A DNA stretch of 64,000 bases from Candidatus Micrarchaeota archaeon. GTDB lineage: Archaea; Micrarchaeota; Micrarchaeia; Anstonellales; Bilamarchaeaceae. Below the pieces are notes generated by a model. The model had not been told where the DNA came from. It ran no database searches and was given only the letters and a program-made list of their open reading frames with translations. This document shows, in pieces, positions 59,096-64,000 of the stretch (position 1 is its first letter; each line of letters begins with the position of its first letter). A program made the position numbers and the translations under genes. The stretch is taken from positions 977-64,976 of the forward strand of contig JAFGPA010000001.1 of the NCBI GenBank assembly GCA_016926175.1, in the 5' to 3' direction.

Positions 59096-59545
59096 ATGTC
59101 CAAGTTAAAATCATCTTTTGCCATGGCCGTTGGTGCGGCTGCAATAGGAACAACAGTTTACTTTCACCAGGAAAAATATTCTTCAGAATCCATCTGGAGA
59201 AGACAGAAGGGAGGAATAGAAAAAGTAACCCTGTCAAATACAGAAGCAAACAAACTGAGGTATGAGCAGCTCAAGAAAGGCCTTGACGATCTGAAAGGCG
59301 CAGGCACAGAAGAAAAGTGTAAATTCGAGCTTAAATTTGCAGCAATGCTTGAAAAAAGATCCGATAAGGCTGCAGAAGAATACCTGAACAGAAAAAGCTA
59401 CAATCCATACCTGGAATGCCAGTGTTTTGAAAGAATTAAGGAAACGGGCTCAAACTGGAAGGGGTGGATAGGCATTGCAGGCCTGGCAGTGTTCATTTCA
59501 GGCCTTGTAAGCTTTATAGAATCCTTAAGGAAGAGGGGCTACTAG
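59096..59545 (+). CDS. Hypothetical membrane protein with N- and C-terminal TM segments
   Basis: Two hydrophobic segments. Confidence 0.6.
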   Translation: MSKLKSSFAMAVGAAAIGTTVYFHQEKYSSESIWRRQKGGIEKVTLSNTEANKLRYEQLKKGLDDLKGAGTEEKCKFELKFAAMLEKRSDKAAEEYLNRKSYNPYLECQCFERIKETGSNWKGWIGIAGLAVFISGLVSFIESLRKRGY

Positions 59546-60417
59546 ATATCTTTACCTGTAAGAATTTTGTAAGCCTGCAAATATCTTTCTGTTGTTTTTT
59601 CAATGATTTCCTGCGGGAGTTTTGGCGGAGGGGGAGCTTTGTTCCAGCCTGTCTTCTCAAGATAATCGCGGACATACTGCTTGTCAAGACTTTCAAGAAT
59701 CCCATGTTCATATTTTTCCTTAATCCAGTATCTTGAGGAATCGGGAGTGAGTGCCTCATCGATCAGAATAATCTGTTTTTTGCCGTTCTTTTCAAGAATG
59801 CCGAACTCGAATTTTGTGTCGGCCAGCACAAGTCCTTTTTCCATTGCATGCTTTTTTGCAAAATTGTAAAGCTCTATGCTTTTGGTTTTTACAAAATCAA
59901 AAGTTTCGGCGCCGACTATCTGGCGGCCGGTTGCTTCATCAACATTTTCGTCATGATGCCCAAGTTCTGCTTTTGTCGATGGCGTAAAGATCGGTTCAGG
60001 CAATTCGCTGCCGTTTTTCAGGCCTGATGGAAGTTTGATTCCGCAGACCGTTCCTTTTTCCCGGTATTCCTTCCAGGCACTTCCTGTGATATATCCGCGG
60101 ACAACGCACTCCATCATAACCGGGATTGCCTTTTTTACTATTATCGCCCTGCCTTTAAGATAATCCGGAAGTCCGGGCGGCATATCGCTGCCAAGATAGT
60201 GGTTCGGTACTATGCTTTCGGTTTTTTTGAACCAGAAAACAGAAACGGCCGTCAGTACCTGCCCTTTTTTCGGAATTCCCTCACTAAATACAACGTCGAA
60301 TGCACTGAGCCTGTCAGTTGCAACCATGAGAAGACTATCATCAAGTTCATAGGTATCCCTGACTTTTCCTTTTCTTAATAGCTTTAATCCAAGATTAGTT
60401 TCAGTAACTGTTCCCAT
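59542..60417 (-). CDS. purC: SAICAR synthetase
   Basis: GKVRDTY, TDRLSAFD, ECVVRGY, ADTKFEFG, TPDSSR and DKQYVRD motifs. Confidence 0.96.
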   Translation of the reverse strand: MGTVTETNLGLKLLRKGKVRDTYELDDSLLMVATDRLSAFDVVFSEGIPKKGQVLTAVSVFWFKKTESIVPNHYLGSDMPPGLPDYLKGRAIIVKKAIPVMMECVVRGYITGSAWKEYREKGTVCGIKLPSGLKNGSELPEPIFTPSTKAELGHHDENVDEATGRQIVGAETFDFVKTKSIELYNFAKKHAMEKGLVLADTKFEFGILEKNGKKQIILIDEALTPDSSRYWIKEKYEHGILESLDKQYVRDYLEKTGWNKAPPPPKLPQEIIEKTTERYLQAYKILTGKDI

Positions 60418-60440
60418 GGATGATTTTAATCTGAGCGAAA

Positions 60441-61328
60441 TTATAAGCTTTTTGATAATTCCAGCACTTCCTTAAGCATGGAGATGTTCAGAACCGGCAT
60501 TTCGAATTCTTCCTGGTCATCTGCTATCCTTGGGCATGCCGTATTTACAAGACAGTCGAATACCATGAAATTCTTTATTGACATTGGCTCCAGTTCATTT
60601 GCAACCAGTATTGCGTTTTCAATGCCTCTTTTGTCGAGCTCCTGCTTTGCCCATTTCGCCTGGGCAATGCCGAACTGCCCTGGTTTTGTTGATACAAGTA
60701 TCCCGAATTTTTTGCAGGTCAGTGCCTTTGCAATTGCTCCTTTCCTTCTTTTCTTCAGAGTTTCAATGTCTTCATTCAGGTTCCTGACTCTGTCCTCATA
60801 TGGATTGTAGGCGAATACAGGCTTTTCAGAATCAATTGCCAAAGGATGAAATCTTCCGCTTCCGACAAAAACAATTGCGTCTGCAGAATTGTCTATGGTT
60901 GTCGCATCGCAGCCAAGTATCTGCCCCATTGTTCTTGCCCCTTGTTTTGCCAGGACAGTTTTTCCGTTTTTCTCAAAGAATTCCTTCATTTCTTCAAACT
61001 GGTGCACATGCTGAACTGTTGTTCCCAAAGAGATGGTTTTGTAATTTGCTATCTCCGGCAACAGTTTTTCCAGCTTTTCGATTTTGATGCTGAAATGGTA
61101 GGGCACATATTCAACTGGTATTGGAAGTTTCGTATTGATGAATTTGTTGTGGCCGAAGTGGACAATCCTGTCTGCTTCAAGCCATCTGGCTTCATCCAGG
61201 CACAGGTCGCATGCACCATAGCATGCTGAAGCAGAAAGAAAAACCTCGTGGCCTTCTTTTTCGTATTCTTTCGCCAGTTCAGGGCCTTTTTGCTTTAGGC
61301 CTTCCGGGAACTGCAGAAGTATCCTCAT
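60441..61328 (-). CDS. dph2: Diphthamide biosynthesis protein Dph2
   Basis: LQFPEGLK, CYGACD, GQILGC, GSGRFH and TACPRI motifs. Confidence 0.95.
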   Translation of the reverse strand: MRILLQFPEGLKQKGPELAKEYEKEGHEVFLSASACYGACDLCLDEARWLEADRIVHFGHNKFINTKLPIPVEYVPYHFSIKIEKLEKLLPEIANYKTISLGTTVQHVHQFEEMKEFFEKNGKTVLAKQGARTMGQILGCDATTIDNSADAIVFVGSGRFHPLAIDSEKPVFAYNPYEDRVRNLNEDIETLKKRRKGAIAKALTCKKFGILVSTKPGQFGIAQAKWAKQELDKRGIENAILVANELEPMSIKNFMVFDCLVNTACPRIADDQEEFEMPVLNISMLKEVLELSKSL

Positions 61329-61358
61329 GATGATAAATTAGGAAAAAAGAGTTAAAAA

Positions 61359-63692
61359 CTAGTAATCTTCCAATTCATATTCGTTTTTTTCATCAGGATG
61401 AAGCTTTTCTAGGCGCTTCAGCATGATTTTCTGTTCAGCGCTTGCAACAATTCTCCTTGTTCTGCCTATGGCATCCGGGTTTACAGACATGCTTGTGATT
61501 CCAAATTCCACCAGGCATTCTGCAAATTCAGGATAAACGGAAGGCGCCTGGCCGCAAAGAGAGCTTGTAACACCGAATCTGTTGCATGTTTTGATCACTC
61601 TTTTCAATGCCCGCAATACTGCCTCGCTCCTTTCATCAAAGCTTTCTGCCATCGTCGCCGAATCACGGTCAATACCCAGGATCAGCTGTGTAAGGTCATT
61701 GGTGCCAATGGAGATGCCATCAATTCCTTCCTTGCAGAACTGGTCTATGACAATTACAGTGCTTGGCACTTCCACCATGATCCAGAGCTTGAAATCCCTG
61801 GTTCTGTAGATTCCCACAGATTGCATCATCTCCTTTATTGCACGGAGTTCCCCGACTCTCCTGATGAACGGAATCATGAGCCAGAGGTTCTTCAAATGAT
61901 ATTGTTCCCTTACCTTTTTGATGGCCTCAAGTTCCATTTTGAATACATCCGGCTCTTTTATGTATCTTGAAGCTCCGCGGTAGCCCATCATCGGATTTTC
62001 CTCATGGGGCTCGTATTTTTCTCCGCCTTCAAGGTTCCTGTATTCATTTGTTTTGAAATCCGTTGCTCTGTAAACAACAGGCCTTGGATGGAATGCAGCA
62101 GCAAATCTTCTCATGCCCTCTGCAAGCTTTTCAACGAATTCCTCTCTTCTGCCATCATCAAGCATTTTTCTCGGATGCTGGCCTATGTCAGCGATCATGA
62201 ATTCTGCGCGTAACAATCCGATGCCGTCTGCCGGCAGCTTGGAAACTTTTTCTGCCTGCTCCACGCTTGCAAGATTGACGTAGATCTTTGTTCCTGTTAC
62301 CGGTACGCTTTCAGTTGCAATTGCCGGGGTTTCTTCCGCCTCTTCAGGAGATGAAACCATGCCTTCATAAATAATTCCATGGCTTCCGTCCACAGATATT
62401 TCCATTCCGTCTTTCAGCACTTCTGTTGCCCTTTCCGTTCCGACAACACAAGGCACTCCCAGTTCCCTGGAAACAATGGCTGCATGGCTTGTCATTCCTC
62501 CGGTGTTTGTTACGATTGCAGCAGCTTTTTTCATCGCAGGAACGAAATCCGGAGTTGTCATCTCTGTGACAAGCACTTCTCCTCTTTCCATTATTCTGAT
62601 TTCCTTTGAGCTTTTGATTATCCTTACTTTTCCCATGCCCATACCTGGCGCCGAACCAAGTCCTTTCAGCAATATCTTTGCTTTTGAAACATCCTGTTTT
62701 GCCATTTTTTCATCTCCAGATCCAGCAGTTTTGTTATCAAGCGTTGTTATTGGCCTTGACTGGACAATGTAAAGATTGCCTTTTTCAAATGCATATTCCA
62801 GATCCTGGGGGAATTTATAGTGATCTTCAATTCTTTTGCATTCTTTTGCCAGATCAATCAATTCCGAATCCGTAAGTTTCTGGTTGCCCTGCGCATCCTC
62901 CTTTATGTCTACTTTTTTGTTTTTGCCATGCATCTTTATCAGCATCCATGGCTGCCGGGCAACATTCTTGTCAATGATTTTGAAATCCTTTTTGTCTATT
63001 CTGTATGTGTCAGGCGTGACCTGTCCGCTTACAACTACTTCTCCAAGCCCATATGCAGCTTCAATGGAGATAATATCAGGATCCTGGTATAACGGATCAA
63101 CTGTGAACACAACGCCGGCCTTCTCGCTCTGCACCATCTTCTGAACAACTGCCGACAATCCGACTTTCATATGTTCGAATTTATTTTCAACTCTGTAGAA
63201 TATTGCTCTTGGCTCGAACAATGATGCCCAGCATTTTTTCACTGCATGGACGACATCCTCGGTTCCGTAAACATTCAGATATGTTGACTGTTGCCCTGCA
63301 AATGATGCAGTTGGCAGATCCTCTGCAGTTGCAGAGCTTCTTACTGCAACATATGTTTCTTCGCCGTAAATCTGGTTCAGTTCCTTGTATGCCTTTACTA
63401 TGTCGTCATGGATGTCTGTTGGCATAGGAGCTTCAAGAATAAGAGATTCTATCCTTTCAGACGCTTCTACAAGCTTGTCCTGATCATTTACATCAAGTTT
63501 ATCAAGTATTTCAGATATTGGCCCATTCAGGTTATTGGCTTCAAGGTGCTTGTAGTATGCATTGCTGCTCGTTACAAATCCATTGGGAATGGGAAATCCG
63601 TGCTTGTACATTTCTCCAAGATTGGCACCCTTCCCGCCAGCCACAGCCAGGCTTGTTTTATCCAATTCTTTAAACCAGAATATATTTTTCAT
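61359..63692 (-). CDS. ppsA: Phosphoenolpyruvate synthase
   Basis: GGKGANLGE, VRSSATAED, GGMTSHAAIVSRE and SIGTNDLTQ motifs. Confidence 0.96.
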   Translation of the reverse strand: MKNIFWFKELDKTSLAVAGGKGANLGEMYKHGFPIPNGFVTSSNAYYKHLEANNLNGPISEILDKLDVNDQDKLVEASERIESLILEAPMPTDIHDDIVKAYKELNQIYGEETYVAVRSSATAEDLPTASFAGQQSTYLNVYGTEDVVHAVKKCWASLFEPRAIFYRVENKFEHMKVGLSAVVQKMVQSEKAGVVFTVDPLYQDPDIISIEAAYGLGEVVVSGQVTPDTYRIDKKDFKIIDKNVARQPWMLIKMHGKNKKVDIKEDAQGNQKLTDSELIDLAKECKRIEDHYKFPQDLEYAFEKGNLYIVQSRPITTLDNKTAGSGDEKMAKQDVSKAKILLKGLGSAPGMGMGKVRIIKSSKEIRIMERGEVLVTEMTTPDFVPAMKKAAAIVTNTGGMTSHAAIVSRELGVPCVVGTERATEVLKDGMEISVDGSHGIIYEGMVSSPEEAEETPAIATESVPVTGTKIYVNLASVEQAEKVSKLPADGIGLLRAEFMIADIGQHPRKMLDDGRREEFVEKLAEGMRRFAAAFHPRPVVYRATDFKTNEYRNLEGGEKYEPHEENPMMGYRGASRYIKEPDVFKMELEAIKKVREQYHLKNLWLMIPFIRRVGELRAIKEMMQSVGIYRTRDFKLWIMVEVPSTVIVIDQFCKEGIDGISIGTNDLTQLILGIDRDSATMAESFDERSEAVLRALKRVIKTCNRFGVTSSLCGQAPSVYPEFAECLVEFGITSMSVNPDAIGRTRRIVASAEQKIMLKRLEKLHPDEKNEYELEDY

Positions 63693-63790
63693 AATAGAAC
63701 CCCCAAGAAATATTTTAGCTAAAATAGCAGATATCCTTTATAATACTGTCTGCCTTCGACGAGAGATTTCAAGCAACCAATTAAAACCTT

Positions 63791-64000
63791 TCAACAGCAT
63801 ATCCTTCTGTGAATTCTATGAAAATTGGTGACAATGTAGAACTGCCAAGCCTCATTTCTCTCATTCTGCAGGTTTCCCTTTGAAGGCTTTAATTTGTTTG
63901 TAACTTTCTCTGCATGCTGTCCTGCAATATAGCCAAGAAAGTATGACAGAATCACGTTGATGGATAATCCTATCATCAAAGCGCCTGCGAAAATAGAGAG
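63791..64000 (-). CDS. 3' part of a membrane protein that starts beyond the window
   Basis: The frame is open to the window edge and encodes hydrophobic LSIFAGALMIGLSINVILSYFLG. Confidence 0.4.
   Translation of the reverse strand, partial: LSIFAGALMIGLSINVILSYFLGYIAGQHAEKVTNKLKPSKGNLQNERNEAWQFYIVTNFHRIHRRICC

Overview
Archaeal chromosomal window using the standard genetic code. It most likely comes from a DPANN archaeon of Micrarchaeota type; this is an inference from gene content, Cys-rich surface proteins and tRNA intron style. Housekeeping content: Hjc, Nth, EF-1beta-uS13-uS4-uS11-RpoD, Alba, eL15-Rpp30, a complete A-type ATP synthase operon, PEP synthase, PurC, Dph2, mevalonate kinase, class II HMG-CoA reductase and an N-glycosylation/lipid-carrier cluster. 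The ORF track misses several elements: (i) three intron-containing tRNA genes, two of which (Thr-GGT, Arg-GCG) carry a 37/38 intron plus a T-loop 59/60 intron; (ii) a 50-bp duplication of the tRNA-Leu leader and 5' end around a 36-bp fold-back insert, with a related hairpin downstream of the tRNA and a decayed organoarsenical-resistance island after it; (iii) a structured leader, an 11-aa uORF, a terminator and a 52-aa zinc-finger microprotein; (iv) a hammerhead-like RNA motif upstream of dus; (v) an in-frame TAA splitting a 1286-codon surface-protein gene; (vi) a probable ATC start codon. No CRISPR array, integrase, transposase, reverse transcriptase or rRNA was seen. All calls are by eye, with no database searches.
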